Shown in pieces: positions 25,163-35,278 of a DNA stretch of 45,525 nucleotides (the first letter of the stretch is position 1; every line of letters begins with the position of its first letter). Below the pieces are notes generated by a model. It was not told the DNA's origin and searched no databases. It saw only the letters and a program-made list of their open reading frames with translations. Source of the stretch: a virus; IMG/VR virus record IMGVR_UViG_3300024222_000002, one strand, 5' to 3'. The translations under genes were made by a program, and so were the position numbers.

Positions 25163-26442
25163 TACTGCACTCCTGTAATTCTGCCGTTGGCGTCACGGAT
25201 AATCTTTAGTCCGCCCGTTCCGCTTGCTGGCGTGTCTCCTTCGGGGGAGAAGTCTTTGGGGAACTGTACCTTATCAGTCAATCCGGCTTGTGAAGCTGAG
25301 TCGTGCGCTTGCTGCCAAGCCGTATGCCTTTGCGCATGCGCTAGCTTCATCATGGAATCCATCTGAGGTTTGGTTAGAACAACGCCGCTCAAATAGCCAT
25401 CGCTATCGAACTTGGCAGCCACGGTTTGCAGCCACGGAGCCGAAGCCGTTGCTTCATGGAGAATATCTTTCGTGATTCGTGCGCCTTTCTGAAGTCCTAG
25501 AGTCATGCCGATATGGTTCGTCAAAAGATTCAGCATGGCCTGCTGGTCGTTCTTTTCCGTTGCATCCTTGTAGGAGCTGTTCATAGAACGCAACCGGAAG
25601 TCAGCACCGCGAGCCGTAACCAAATCCTTCGTAACCTGCTTGGCATTCTCACTCTCAAACGCTTTATCACCTGATGCAGTCGGAGGAACAGGCAACTTTG
25701 ACTTACCCATATCTCTGATAACTGCGCCTGTCTTCGTATCTACCAGTACTTTGTGGTTCTGTCCGCCAATATCCAAATCGGTCAGAGTGCCGCCCTTTGT
25801 ATCAGTTTCTTTGGTGTTCTTTATTTTCTCCAGCGCATCGAGCGGCTTCATGCCGCCAGCCGTCAGGGATTCAAATGTTTGCTCATCCGGCGTCTTGGCA
25901 GGAGGATTCTCTTTCGCATTGGCGAGCTTATCCCAATAGCCTTCCTGCGCCGTGCGATGTGTAATCTCAGAGCCGATATTCTGGGCGTTAAGAGCCGCCA
26001 GTTTTTGTGCTTGGTCCTGCTTGATGGCGTCTTCAGTCAGCCCGTATTGCTTTGTGAGTCCTGCAATCTGCCGCTGCCGCTGATAGTATCCGCTGATGAT
26101 GCTGCCAAGCTGGGGATTCCTCTGAGACATGATTGCGCCCAGAACGTGCCGAATCGTTCCGCCAACTCCAACTTCCGGGGGATTGTAGGCCTCGCTGAGC
26201 CTTGCACTGATGTCTCTAAGTTGCGGCTGATAGATGTCTCGCGTCACGTCGGGTTGGCCGCTGGTATTCGGATTGAATGCAGGCGACAAGGAAACTCCGC
26301 TACGAGCATTCGCTGGAGCTGGCTGCATGGCATCGTCAGGAGCTGGATTTTCGTCACCAGCGTAGCTAGAACTTCCACTCGTCCACGGGCTGTATGCCCC
26401 TGCGAAGGTCTGCGGATTCAGGAGTTTTCTAATTGTTGCCAT
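25162..26442 (-). CDS. Virion/internal protein candidate (426 aa)
   Basis: Position only. No motif recognised. Confidence 0.4.
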   Translation of the reverse strand: MATIRKLLNPQTFAGAYSPWTSGSSSYAGDENPAPDDAMQPAPANARSGVSLSPAFNPNTSGQPDVTRDIYQPQLRDISARLSEAYNPPEVGVGGTIRHVLGAIMSQRNPQLGSIISGYYQRQRQIAGLTKQYGLTEDAIKQDQAQKLAALNAQNIGSEITHRTAQEGYWDKLANAKENPPAKTPDEQTFESLTAGGMKPLDALEKIKNTKETDTKGGTLTDLDIGGQNHKVLVDTKTGAVIRDMGKSKLPVPPTASGDKAFESENAKQVTKDLVTARGADFRLRSMNSSYKDATEKNDQQAMLNLLTNHIGMTLGLQKGARITKDILHEATASAPWLQTVAAKFDSDGYLSGVVLTKPQMDSMMKLAHAQRHTAWQQAHDSASQAGLTDKVQFPKDFSPEGDTPASGTGGLKIIRDANGRITGVQ

Positions 26443-26448
26443 AAGCCC

Positions 26449-26721
26449 TCATAAGAGGAATTTCGCCACTCCGCCTAATGCTCCCATCGCTCCACCGGAA
26501 CCTGAAAAGCCTGACAGCCCTTGCATTATCTTGTTTCCTCCGGGCTGGCCGTTCTTTATGCCGCCAAGAAACATTTGTCTTGCTCCCGGCCTACCCGGCT
26601 GCTGCTGGCCAGCATCGAGAAAACTAGGCATATCTCCGTATTGCGATTGCCCCATGTCAATTCCGTTTTCATCCTGATAGCCTTGTCCCGGCCTGCGCAT
26701 TTGCATCCCTAGAAATGACAT
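26449..26721 (-). CDS. Gly/Gln/Met-rich small protein (90 aa)
   Basis: AGGAGG RBS. Starts MSFLG like the upstream gene. Confidence 0.6.
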   Translation of the reverse strand: MSFLGMQMRRPGQGYQDENGIDMGQSQYGDMPSFLDAGQQQPGRPGARQMFLGGIKNGQPGGNKIMQGLSGFSGSGGAMGALGGVAKFLL

Positions 26722-26730
26722 CTCTTCCTC

Positions 26731-27333
26731 CTAATGCCCTGTGAGCAGCGAACCGAGATTACTGCCAAGTGAGCCGCCGAAGTTGCTCATAAACGAATCG
26801 CCAAAGCCCGGATGCCCTTTGACCGTTCCGTACAACTGGTTTGCTTGCCCGACCAATTGATTTTGTTGACTGTTAAGGCTATTGAGAAAACTACTATCTA
26901 TCCCATAAAGCCCTGCAATTCCTTGCAAGCCAATCATCTTTCTGCGCAAGGACTCATCGGCAAAATCCTTCTGATTCTGCAAGTTCTGGCTGGCCAAGTC
27001 CCGGCCCTTACCACGAGCTGCCGCTCCTAGAAACGAACTAAACCCAGCTGAGTTGCCCGTTCTAGCCATTCTGCGCGAAGCCGCGTCGGTCGCTCCGCCG
27101 TAAGCCTCGTTGATTCCGCCTAGCGTGCTTTGATTGATGGAAGACTTTTCCGCGTCGGAGTAGCCGGAATTGAGCAAGGAACTGAACCCCGGCATGAGTG
27201 CGCCAAACTCTGAACTTCGTTGCCCCGCCGTCTTGCCCGCCTGTGCGCCAAGATTGCCGGATTGCGAGGTAATTCCCTGCTGGACACCTTTGCGACTGTC
27301 GAGCGACCCGAAGGTAGGACCAAGAAAACTCAT
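26731..27333 (-). CDS. Gly/Ser/Asn-rich protein (200 aa)
   Basis: ATG 27333 (MSFLG...) overlaps the upstream TGA (ATGA). The track's 27348 is an alternative start. Confidence 0.6.
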   Translation of the reverse strand: MSFLGPTFGSLDSRKGVQQGITSQSGNLGAQAGKTAGQRSSEFGALMPGFSSLLNSGYSDAEKSSINQSTLGGINEAYGGATDAASRRMARTGNSAGFSSFLGAAARGKGRDLASQNLQNQKDFADESLRRKMIGLQGIAGLYGIDSSFLNSLNSQQNQLVGQANQLYGTVKGHPGFGDSFMSNFGGSLGSNLGSLLTGH

Positions 27334-27773
27334 TCGCGCACCGCCCATTGCAAAGTGAAGGTCTGTGAGGCTCCCGGAGTTCCTACCATATTGATTGTCA
27401 AATTGTTCACTGACTCAGTATAAGTGAAACCTATAGTCCCGGTACCGCCATTTCGTACTACCTGCGCGAACGGAGCCGAATTGTAGAGACCGGACGGGAA
27501 GGTAAGCACGATTTTTGGATTGGCGGATATTCCTGCCGTCCCGCATGTCACTGTCAGCTTTCCACGTTTAAAGGTTCCGTCTACGGAAGAAATAGTTGCA
27601 CCGGTTCCGAAACCAGTTATAGAAAAATCAAGCGGCCTTACAGCCGTTCCGGGACCCAGTGCAGAAATAAGCTGATTATGCTCCTGTACCATTTTGCGGT
27701 GGCTCTCGTAGTTGAGAGGATTTTCCTTCAGCCCCGCGATGGCGGTAATCGAGATGGGGTTAGGCAGAGCCAT
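27330..27773 (-). CDS. Small beta-rich virion protein candidate (147 aa)
   Basis: ATG 27773 shares one base with the upstream TGA (TGATG). The track start is 27803. Confidence 0.5.
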   Translation of the reverse strand: MALPNPISITAIAGLKENPLNYESHRKMVQEHNQLISALGPGTAVRPLDFSITGFGTGATISSVDGTFKRGKLTVTCGTAGISANPKIVLTFPSGLYNSAPFAQVVRNGGTGTIGFTYTESVNNLTINMVGTPGASQTFTLQWAVRE

Positions 27774-30676
27774 CACGCATTCACTCCCTGAACAGGGGAC
27801 CAAACAGCCGGTGCGACATACATCGCCATTCCCTGCATGCTCATCCAGCTACCTACGGCGTTGGTTTCAAACCGTACAGCCATTCTGTAGCCCTGCTTTT
27901 GGATTTGCCTCTCGACATTCTTGAATCCCAGTGTATTTAAGAACCAGCCACGAATGGCGCTAGACCATCCCTGGTCGCCTTTTCGCAGAGTAATCTGGCA
28001 GACTCCGCTTCCGATGACATTCGCCGTAATGTAGCCGTAGTTCAGGCGTTCGCTATCCTGGAAGTAGCCCGACTGCCAGTAGCCGTCAATCGCAACGCCG
28101 TCATCTGACCGCGCCGTTTCATCGAGTAAATAAATCTTTCCGCTCGTCGCATTGCTGCCGATGTAGAACTGCAAAATCCCATTCTGCCGAAGGACAATGT
28201 TCTGCGAGTTTGAGCCAATCTTCCACGGAGACCATTTGCGGCCAGCGCCATCGTTTTCGATTGCCGATTGAAACCCTTGCGTGTAATCAAGCGTCAGAAT
28301 CGTGTTGTTTTGCGTGGCAGTCCCCAAGGGACATGCAACATAGATTCTCTTTCTGGCTGTATCCACTTTCACATCAATCAGGAATCCGTATTGCCAGTTG
28401 ATTGAATCCCATGTCGGTTGAATTTCTTTAGCGAGGTTCCTGTCGTCAGTTAGGATTCCTCCAGAAAATAGCCACAGTCCGCTTTCTGAAGCGATTACCG
28501 CCCATTCGTCGCCCAGCCCTACGCCACGAGCCGAAGGCGTTCCTACCTTTGAGGAAATCTCGTCCACTTCCCATTCGTCCGGCTCCGTTTGTCCTGTATC
28601 CTGCGTAACGAATAGGCTCCTATCCTTGACCAAATACAGATAATCCCTCAAAACGAAGCAGCAATTGACGCTTTGTCCACTTTCTTCCGCTGGCTGCAAG
28701 ATCGAAGTCAGTCCATCGTAGCTGTCAGGGTCCTCTACCTTCGAGAAACGTACTTGTGTATTTAGAAAAGGTTGTGAGGTCGGAAAGAACTCAATTTCAT
28801 CAATCGCTACAGTAGCCAGATTGTCCGGCGTCCCATCGACATAAAGTCTGAGCGTCAGGTCAGTGGGGATGGTAGGCAGAGAAGAGAGCACACTTCCGCT
28901 ATAAGTAAGAAATTGAGAAGTCAGCGTCTTGCACTGGATTGAAAAAGAACCGGCAAGTGTTCCACTGCTGAAAAACTCAAGATGCAAAGTTCCTTGCGTG
29001 AAAGGGCCTATTCCCACACTTGCTAGCCTGACCCGCACGCTGTAATTCGTGTTTAGCTGCAAAATCTGTGCTCCGAAAGCATCCTGAAAGGCTGGCTGTG
29101 TGATTAATCCTCTGGTCGCTGTAACTCCATCGCCGCTGATAGCGTAGGCATTTCCGAATACCTGCCCGAATCCTGAAAATCCGCCGCCTGTAAAACTGGT
29201 GGCGTCGGGCGTCCAGCCAAGCGGGTAAGTTCCTACGGGGTTTGTGGTGAATCCGCCGTCAAAGGAGAGATTAACGAAATCATCTACTTTGTTTAGTTCT
29301 CCCCACCAGACGAGACGATTATTGTAGGAAGTAACTCCCGCTGCTGGGCCAAGGGTAATCAATTCAAAAAGATTGTCTACGTTTGTCCCGTTCAGCAAAT
29401 CCACGTCCGTGAAATCGAATACCTGGGAAGTAGTCGTGTTGTCGTTGATAATCATTATGGAAGCGAAATTAGTGGAATCCGGGATGTAGAAGAAGCTGTC
29501 GCTTGAAAAAGGAGTGAACGCCACGATTCTCGCTACTACGTTCGGAGGACCTATGGGGATATTGGTAAGCTGCACCCTTTTCCCGCCAATTGCTGTCCAT
29601 GATAGAGGCGGAGCCGGTGCGGTGATATAACCATTGCGCGTCAGGAACATCACCGTAACCTGATGCACACCGGCCTGAATGTTTCCAATTAGCGTTACGG
29701 TCGCTCCGCCAGAAAGCCCCAATCCCAATGCTGGCCCTATGAAATAGATTGCCGTATTGCCCACCATGCGGATTTGCCATGTACCGTTATACCCAGCTAC
29801 TCCCGCTCCGGCGATGGTCATGGAAAATCGTGAGGTCATCGTAAAAGTGGAAGGCCAAGGACCGGGAGCCGTCAGAGTAGCGACATAGATAGGCCAAGTA
29901 ACCGTACCGCCGCCAGAATTAGCTAGCCCCAGCGTGTTGTTATAGACCTGAAACTTAGTGGCGGAAATTCTTTTCGCAACGGCAAAGGTACCGTTGTAGC
30001 CACCAACGCCAGCCCCGGCAATCGTTACGGAATCTCCGGGTTGTAAGACCAAGGGGACGGTAGCGCCACCCCCTCCGGTAATCGAAACAGTCACAACATT
30101 TCCCGTTTGGGTAAGACCGTTAGGGGAAGCTACAATCACGCCCTGCGCAAGGAATCCTAATCCGTTAGGCGCTCCCAGGGTAGATAGTACGGAAACCTCA
30201 TCCGTAGCCGTAGGAGCAGCGCCGGGACCTACTTGGCTGACCCTGTCCGTGTTTGTTCCGTCATAGGCTCTTGGAATATCAGAACCAAATTGCCCTTGAG
30301 GAAAGGCTATGTATTCCCTGCCGAATAGAGTTACGGAGTTGCCGAAGTCTCCTGGAATCATCGTGGCATCGGTAATCGGAACCGCAACGCCGGGAGCGGT
30401 AGTCACATTCTCGTAGAAAAGGTTTCCGTCCGAATCTAGCCACAGTGTTCTTACCGTGCCATCCCGCAAAATGAAGCTCTTGAGGTAGTTGATTTTGTCG
30501 GGGTTAGCGGAAGTAAGTTCCGTGGTGAGGCCGGGGCGTGTTCTCCACAACCCCGGCAGGAACTCAATGTCAGAACAATCAGGCGACATAAAGTGAGGAA
30601 GGTTAGTCGGGTCTGTCCAAGTGGCCAGCCCGCCAAACTCCCTAACCTTCATCGCCTGATAGCCGTTAAGTGCCAC
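27773..30676 (-). CDS. Large virion structural protein (967 aa), possible tail tube/nozzle
   Basis: Size and position downstream of the head genes in a podovirus-like order. GTG start with a GAGG RBS. No motif recognised. Confidence 0.35.
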   Translation of the reverse strand: MALNGYQAMKVREFGGLATWTDPTNLPHFMSPDCSDIEFLPGLWRTRPGLTTELTSANPDKINYLKSFILRDGTVRTLWLDSDGNLFYENVTTAPGVAVPITDATMIPGDFGNSVTLFGREYIAFPQGQFGSDIPRAYDGTNTDRVSQVGPGAAPTATDEVSVLSTLGAPNGLGFLAQGVIVASPNGLTQTGNVVTVSITGGGGATVPLVLQPGDSVTIAGAGVGGYNGTFAVAKRISATKFQVYNNTLGLANSGGGTVTWPIYVATLTAPGPWPSTFTMTSRFSMTIAGAGVAGYNGTWQIRMVGNTAIYFIGPALGLGLSGGATVTLIGNIQAGVHQVTVMFLTRNGYITAPAPPLSWTAIGGKRVQLTNIPIGPPNVVARIVAFTPFSSDSFFYIPDSTNFASIMIINDNTTTSQVFDFTDVDLLNGTNVDNLFELITLGPAAGVTSYNNRLVWWGELNKVDDFVNLSFDGGFTTNPVGTYPLGWTPDATSFTGGGFSGFGQVFGNAYAISGDGVTATRGLITQPAFQDAFGAQILQLNTNYSVRVRLASVGIGPFTQGTLHLEFFSSGTLAGSFSIQCKTLTSQFLTYSGSVLSSLPTIPTDLTLRLYVDGTPDNLATVAIDEIEFFPTSQPFLNTQVRFSKVEDPDSYDGLTSILQPAEESGQSVNCCFVLRDYLYLVKDRSLFVTQDTGQTEPDEWEVDEISSKVGTPSARGVGLGDEWAVIASESGLWLFSGGILTDDRNLAKEIQPTWDSINWQYGFLIDVKVDTARKRIYVACPLGTATQNNTILTLDYTQGFQSAIENDGAGRKWSPWKIGSNSQNIVLRQNGILQFYIGSNATSGKIYLLDETARSDDGVAIDGYWQSGYFQDSERLNYGYITANVIGSGVCQITLRKGDQGWSSAIRGWFLNTLGFKNVERQIQKQGYRMAVRFETNAVGSWMSMQGMAMYVAPAVWSPVQGVNA

Positions 30677-30678
30677 TG

Positions 30679-31023
30679 TTACCTCAGTTCAAATTGTGCC
30701 GTGAAGCTGATCAGATCGCCGGTAGCCGCAGCAGGATAAGCGCCAGCAGCCAGTTCAGCTACCGCGCCAATAAAAGCCCTGATCTTTCCGTTGGCTTGCG
30801 TAGTTCCAGGTACCCAGGTGTAGTTGTTGAGCGCCTGTGCCGCCGTGCCAATCTGGCTCTCAAACTGAACAGCAAAGGGTACAAGCGAAGACGGGATACC
30901 CAATCCTGCAAAGGTCAGCGTGTCGCCGCCCTGCACATAGCTGCCGGATAGTGCAATCGTTCCGTAGACCCACAGCTGTTTCCCATCGTATTTCTTTTTC
31001 GTAATTGTCGCTGCTGCCGCCAT
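30679..31023 (-). CDS. Small beta-rich structural protein candidate (114 aa)
   Basis: Position only. Confidence 0.45.
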   Translation of the reverse strand: MAAAATITKKKYDGKQLWVYGTIALSGSYVQGGDTLTFAGLGIPSSLVPFAVQFESQIGTAAQALNNYTWVPGTTQANGKIRAFIGAVAELAAGAYPAAATGDLISFTAQFELR

Positions 31024-31068
31024 TTGCTGCTCCTTTTCAGGGTTGAGTTCACCCGTTTGTTTTTGGCT

Positions 31069-32028
31069 CTACAAGATTCTATTTGTTCCCCAGTAGCGGT
31101 TTGAGCCGCGCCCGGAGTTGTTCGCCCTGCGCCTGCCTACAAGATAGTTCCTTGCGTGCGCTTGCAGATTGAGCAATTCCTTCATGTCCTCGTTAAACAT
31201 GCCGAGGAAGATGCTGGCATTCTGCGAGCCTCGTGCATTCGAAGCCAGAAACGCTGTGTATGTCGCAATGGCATCCTGACAGCCACGGATTGTGAACTGG
31301 CCGTTGCCATCTGAAATATCAGGGAAAGCCACGAAGTAACGAAGCCTTATATCCATAGAATTTACGGAGCCTGGAAAGTAAAGCCCATCCTCATACCAGG
31401 CAAAGACTCCATTTCTCTGCCTCACGGAAGAATCCGAAAAACTGGGAAGTACGTTCACCTGTCCCATTGGCGCATAGGCCAGTCCTGACCCGTTGATTCT
31501 TTCTGAAACGTCACGCGGCCCAAGGAAGTCAGCAGGCAGTTGGGGATTAGTCGTATCGAGGAGTTGCGTGGCATTTGCAGGAAGCGTCAGATAGTTCTCG
31601 CTCGTCATCGTCTTGCTGCCGTTTTCCTGCAATCTGCTTTGTACTTTGCGGTAAGCCTTGTTAGCCAGAGGGATGAGCACGGTATCCGTGTAAACGTCCC
31701 CTTGCACTACCGGCGAGATGATTCCGTTACCGCTCGTGACATTTGCTCCCGTGCTGGTATAGGTAAATTGTGTAGGACTGAGAATCGCCAGTACGGTCTG
31801 CGTTCCGTTGAAGCTCAAATCGGAGACGCTTTGCACCTGGATGATGTTTCCCGCCTGCAAGTTATGCGGAGAGTTCGTCGTCATCGTGACGAGACTGCCT
31901 AAAGTGCGTACGGCCCCAGTAGGAGGAATCGTCACGGTGAACGGAATGTCCGCATCCATGAGCATTGCTCTCGTGAGAGAGAAACACTCACTACCGAACG
32001 GAAACGCAGTTGTGCCAAGTACCGGCAA
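31069..32028 (-). CDS. Structural protein candidate (319 aa), possible adaptor
   Basis: Position only. Confidence 0.4.
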   Translation of the reverse strand: MPVLGTTAFPFGSECFSLTRAMLMDADIPFTVTIPPTGAVRTLGSLVTMTTNSPHNLQAGNIIQVQSVSDLSFNGTQTVLAILSPTQFTYTSTGANVTSGNGIISPVVQGDVYTDTVLIPLANKAYRKVQSRLQENGSKTMTSENYLTLPANATQLLDTTNPQLPADFLGPRDVSERINGSGLAYAPMGQVNVLPSFSDSSVRQRNGVFAWYEDGLYFPGSVNSMDIRLRYFVAFPDISDGNGQFTIRGCQDAIATYTAFLASNARGSQNASIFLGMFNEDMKELLNLQAHARNYLVGRRRANNSGRGSNRYWGTNRIL

Positions 32029-32715
32029 TTAGATTCCCCCGATGGGTCCATCCAAATCCTGTTCAGGAACAGGTTCCTTTTTGGGGCGTCCCGGTCCACG
32101 CTTCGGTGCAACCGGCACGCTTTCTTCTTCCGATTCCTGAACAAGGCCAAACTGTTTTGCCTTCTCGAAATCGAGTATTGCATGGCAGCCCTTGCAGATT
32201 GCGACTCCAACGTTGATGGATTCTCCGCAAGCAGGGCACTGCGTCATTGGCGGAGGAGCGACAATCGCCCATTCCCTCTTCAGCCCCAGTTCATCAACGG
32301 CCATTTTGCAAATGTCGGGAATCTCTTCAATCTTCTTTGTCCGCATGAACTCTTTGTCACCCGCTTCAATGAGCTTTTGCAGCCACTTGATGCGTGTCTG
32401 GCGCGCGGCGGTGACTTCCGCTTCAGTGGGGATATGGTCGGGCGCACAAGTAAAGCAGCCACGCTCTGTAAGCCGTTCATTGGCGAAGTAGTCTGCAACT
32501 ACCTGCTGGTAAGGAATCGGCACGGGGATTTTCTCCGCTTCGCTTTCCGCATACGTGACGTAGATTTTCTTCACATCCATCTGGTCGTCAATCACGATGC
32601 TGGTGAATGGCTTGTCTGCGGGACAAGCGGGAATTCTCCAGCCGAGCGTGTTGTACGTCCTTCGCGGAAGCTGAATCTGTTCCTTTGAAGTATTGCAAAT
32701 CTGAATGCTTCCCAT
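32029..32715 (-). CDS. Hypothetical protein with a CxxC...CxxC zinc ribbon and GRP AT-hook-like tail (228 aa)
   Basis: 'CPACGESINVGVAICKGC' and 'KRGPGRPKK'. Confidence 0.55.
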   Translation of the reverse strand: MGSIQICNTSKEQIQLPRRTYNTLGWRIPACPADKPFTSIVIDDQMDVKKIYVTYAESEAEKIPVPIPYQQVVADYFANERLTERGCFTCAPDHIPTEAEVTAARQTRIKWLQKLIEAGDKEFMRTKKIEEIPDICKMAVDELGLKREWAIVAPPPMTQCPACGESINVGVAICKGCHAILDFEKAKQFGLVQESEEESVPVAPKRGPGRPKKEPVPEQDLDGPIGGI

Positions 32716-32723
32716 CTTTCCTC

Positions 32724-33359
32724 CTAGCTGAATTTAGAAATCTCAAAATCACTGGGCATGATGACATGCTCGTTCTTTGCCCATTCGGGACGTGCTTCTT
32801 CAATCTTCCTGATTTTGTCGCACAACTTATCGTCTTCTGCCTTCTCTTGTTCCGCGAACATGGCCCGCTTCGCTTCTTTCTTGATGCGTTCCGGTAAATC
32901 CCGATTCCTGATAGCCGTATCCACGATGGCATCGCAGATAGTCGGCGTAAGCGGAACAAACTCTTTCTTCCATGTCACGCCTTTGGAATCCCTGTACTCG
33001 CGTTCAATTACTTTTACGATTTCATATTCCCCTTGGCGAGGGAATGGCCCCAACGTCTCAACTTTCTGACCATCAATCCATTCCGTGAACATCGTTTCCC
33101 AGACAAGTTCTGAGCCGTAGTTTTCTGGTGGGCACCACACTTCAAGAATCCAACGGTCCTTAGCTTCCGGATGCTTGTGCACACGTTCCAGACCGATATG
33201 CGACCCGATTACGTTACCGCTGTCGTCATGGTGATTCCATTTACCCCCAATCCATGTAAATCTGTCCCCTCCCCAAATTACCCTGAAATTAGGTAGACCA
33301 TGAGGATTTAATCCCCCTTTTTCCCGAATACTTTTTTGCAAATAGGCAGGGACTTTCAC
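32724..33359 (-). CDS. Hypothetical protein (211 aa)
   Basis: Long ORF with ordinary composition. Confidence 0.55.
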   Translation of the reverse strand: MKVPAYLQKSIREKGGLNPHGLPNFRVIWGGDRFTWIGGKWNHHDDSGNVIGSHIGLERVHKHPEAKDRWILEVWCPPENYGSELVWETMFTEWIDGQKVETLGPFPRQGEYEIVKVIEREYRDSKGVTWKKEFVPLTPTICDAIVDTAIRNRDLPERIKKEAKRAMFAEQEKAEDDKLCDKIRKIEEARPEWAKNEHVIMPSDFEISKFS

Positions 33360-33373
33360 GGTAAAATACCTCC

Positions 33374-33961
33374 GTGTACGACCCTGCCAAACGACATTTG
33401 AAATACCTCAAAGCCAAAGCTAGTCGCCCTGAAAAACTGAGAGAATCTTCTAGAAAATCCTGCAATAAAGCTTTCCATACAAACCCAATCCGTAGAGCTA
33501 AGATTCTGGCCGCTAATAAGAAATGGGCTAAAGCCAATGCAGAAAAAATGAAAGAGTATAAGAGAAAATGGTATTTTAAGTTCAAATCCAATCCTGCCAA
33601 CAAGAAAAAAGCTATAGATAATGCTAATCGTTGGCGGAAAAACAATCCTGAAAAGTTCTCTCATCTTGCTAGGCGCAACCAACATAAAAGAAGGCTGTAT
33701 AAAAAGCATTCTGCAAGTAAGCATACATTTGAGCAATGGAAATCCCGGTTGGCCTTTTACGGATGGCGATGCTTTTATTGCAAAATCCCTCTCACCTTCA
33801 AGACCGCTACCAAAGACCATCGTATTCCTCTATCTAAGGGCGGGACTGATTGGGCTTCTAATATCGTCCCCGCGTGCCTTTCCTGCAACTGCAAGAAATA
33901 TAATTCTAAGGTGGGGCGAGTTATTCTCCCGCCCCAAGAGAGTAAAACTACTCTTCAGTAA
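33374..33961 (+). CDS. HNH endonuclease encoded antisense inside the late operon (195 aa)
   Basis: 'CFYCKIPL...ATKDHRIPLSKGGTDWASNIVPACLSCNCKK' HNH core. Lys/Asn-rich repeat N-terminus. The tract looks AT-rich by eye. GTG start. The 3' end overlaps the capsid gene stop by 7 nt. Confidence 0.8.
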   Translation: MYDPAKRHLKYLKAKASRPEKLRESSRKSCNKAFHTNPIRRAKILAANKKWAKANAEKMKEYKRKWYFKFKSNPANKKKAIDNANRWRKNNPEKFSHLARRNQHKRRLYKKHSASKHTFEQWKSRLAFYGWRCFYCKIPLTFKTATKDHRIPLSKGGTDWASNIVPACLSCNCKKYNSKVGRVILPPQESKTTLQ

Positions 33962-35247
33962 ATGCTCGATGAACCAATTACGGGCAATCCGAGCGATTTA
34001 ATATACGAACTCCCCGCTGGCTGGCGGTTGAAAATTTGGACCCCAGCCTTCATCCAGAATTGCTCCTGTGCAAGCAAGCCGCCTGGAACGGTGGAAGTGT
34101 CGATTTTCGGCCAAACGATCTTGTCGCCAATCGTCAGGAAGCCGGTATCGGTGGCCACGATACGCCCCCAATAGCCAAGGCAGAGGAAGTCAATGCGCGT
34201 ACGGTCCTGATGGATGGACTGCACCACAGGAACATTCGACATCTTGAGTCCCGACTGGTTGTTGAACATCAGGTCTACTGCTTGGTTGCCGGTTGGGTCT
34301 TTCCAGATGTTGCTGATGAGCAGCGCAATCGACTCGTAGGAATCGGCTTGTGCCGGATGCAGGTAGGAGATGAGTTTCGTCATTTCCGTATTGAAGAAAT
34401 TGTCTCCCAGGTTCAAACGGATGCGATTCAAAGCTGCACGAACCATGCCCGTTGTCAGCGTGGAAGAGCCTGCATTGACGCTAGGCGTCACAACCTGCGG
34501 AACAGTCGCCCGGTTCAGGCCCAGCCAAGTGCCGGAAGTCGCGTCCGACTGGTGGTACTGGATGCCGAACAGCGAAGACTGCGCCGTAAGCGTGCCGGAA
34601 AGTCCGCCGATAACCAGCAAGTCCGTAGCGATGCTGCCGCCCGGAGCCGCCGCTACCGTAATCGTGTGAGCTACACGGTCAAATGCCGTCACCGTAGACG
34701 AGCCACGGTTTGTGGTAAGCGCCGCGTTGTACACCTGCACGTTCTGGCCGACCATGACGAGTTCTTCCTTGAAGCCGTCAGTCGTCATTGTGAAGGTATT
34801 GGTGGACACCGAGGTAATCGTTCCGATTACGCCGTTGCCAGCCGTGTTCATCAGCATGTCGAGGAACGTCTTGAACTGCTTGACCGCAAGACGCATAACC
34901 TCGCCCGTTGCCGATTTCACGCCGCGTTCAGCGCCCGTGGTTGCGTACTTCGCAAGCAAGGTATAGCTGAAGCCTGACGTGTAATAGAACGGGGTAAGTG
35001 TTGCGGTCTGCCACACCGGGCCTCCGGTGTCGCCAACCGAACCGCCGTCCATACTCACCTGCTGGAACGTTCCGCCAATCGACTGAAGCAACGGAATACG
35101 CGTTGCCCTGTTCGATGCCGGGTCTGCTTCCTGCTTTTCCATCAGGTTGTAGAGGACGGAGTCCATCTCCAAAAGTTCGGGGATACCATCTTTGTAAACA
35201 ATCAGCTCGCGTTCTAGGCCTTGAACGTTTGCCTCAACTGAAGCCAT
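33955..35247 (-). CDS. Major capsid protein candidate (430 aa)
   Basis: Immediately downstream of the scaffold-like gene. Size and composition are typical of HK97-fold coat proteins. No search was run. Confidence 0.65.
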   Translation of the reverse strand: MASVEANVQGLERELIVYKDGIPELLEMDSVLYNLMEKQEADPASNRATRIPLLQSIGGTFQQVSMDGGSVGDTGGPVWQTATLTPFYYTSGFSYTLLAKYATTGAERGVKSATGEVMRLAVKQFKTFLDMLMNTAGNGVIGTITSVSTNTFTMTTDGFKEELVMVGQNVQVYNAALTTNRGSSTVTAFDRVAHTITVAAAPGGSIATDLLVIGGLSGTLTAQSSLFGIQYHQSDATSGTWLGLNRATVPQVVTPSVNAGSSTLTTGMVRAALNRIRLNLGDNFFNTEMTKLISYLHPAQADSYESIALLISNIWKDPTGNQAVDLMFNNQSGLKMSNVPVVQSIHQDRTRIDFLCLGYWGRIVATDTGFLTIGDKIVWPKIDTSTVPGGLLAQEQFWMKAGVQIFNRQPAGSSYIKSLGLPVIGSSSIY

Positions 35248-35278
35248 TCCAATCTCCTTTTGGCATCCCCGCTAAAAA

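Noticed and set aside
33356-33820. - strand ORFs (154 and 118 aa) that would keep the late operon contiguous through the AT-rich tract
   Set aside because: They are Phe/Ile/Leu-rich shadow frames of the + strand HNH gene, which has a clear catalytic motif.
34036-34977. 313-aa + strand ORF
   Set aside because: It is antisense to the capsid gene and has the Arg/His-rich composition typical of shadow frames. It has no RBS or coupling. The same reasoning applies to 25753..26454, 32182..32688, 35390..35869, 14016..14360, 18558..18938 and the other shadow ORFs inside the large - strand genes.
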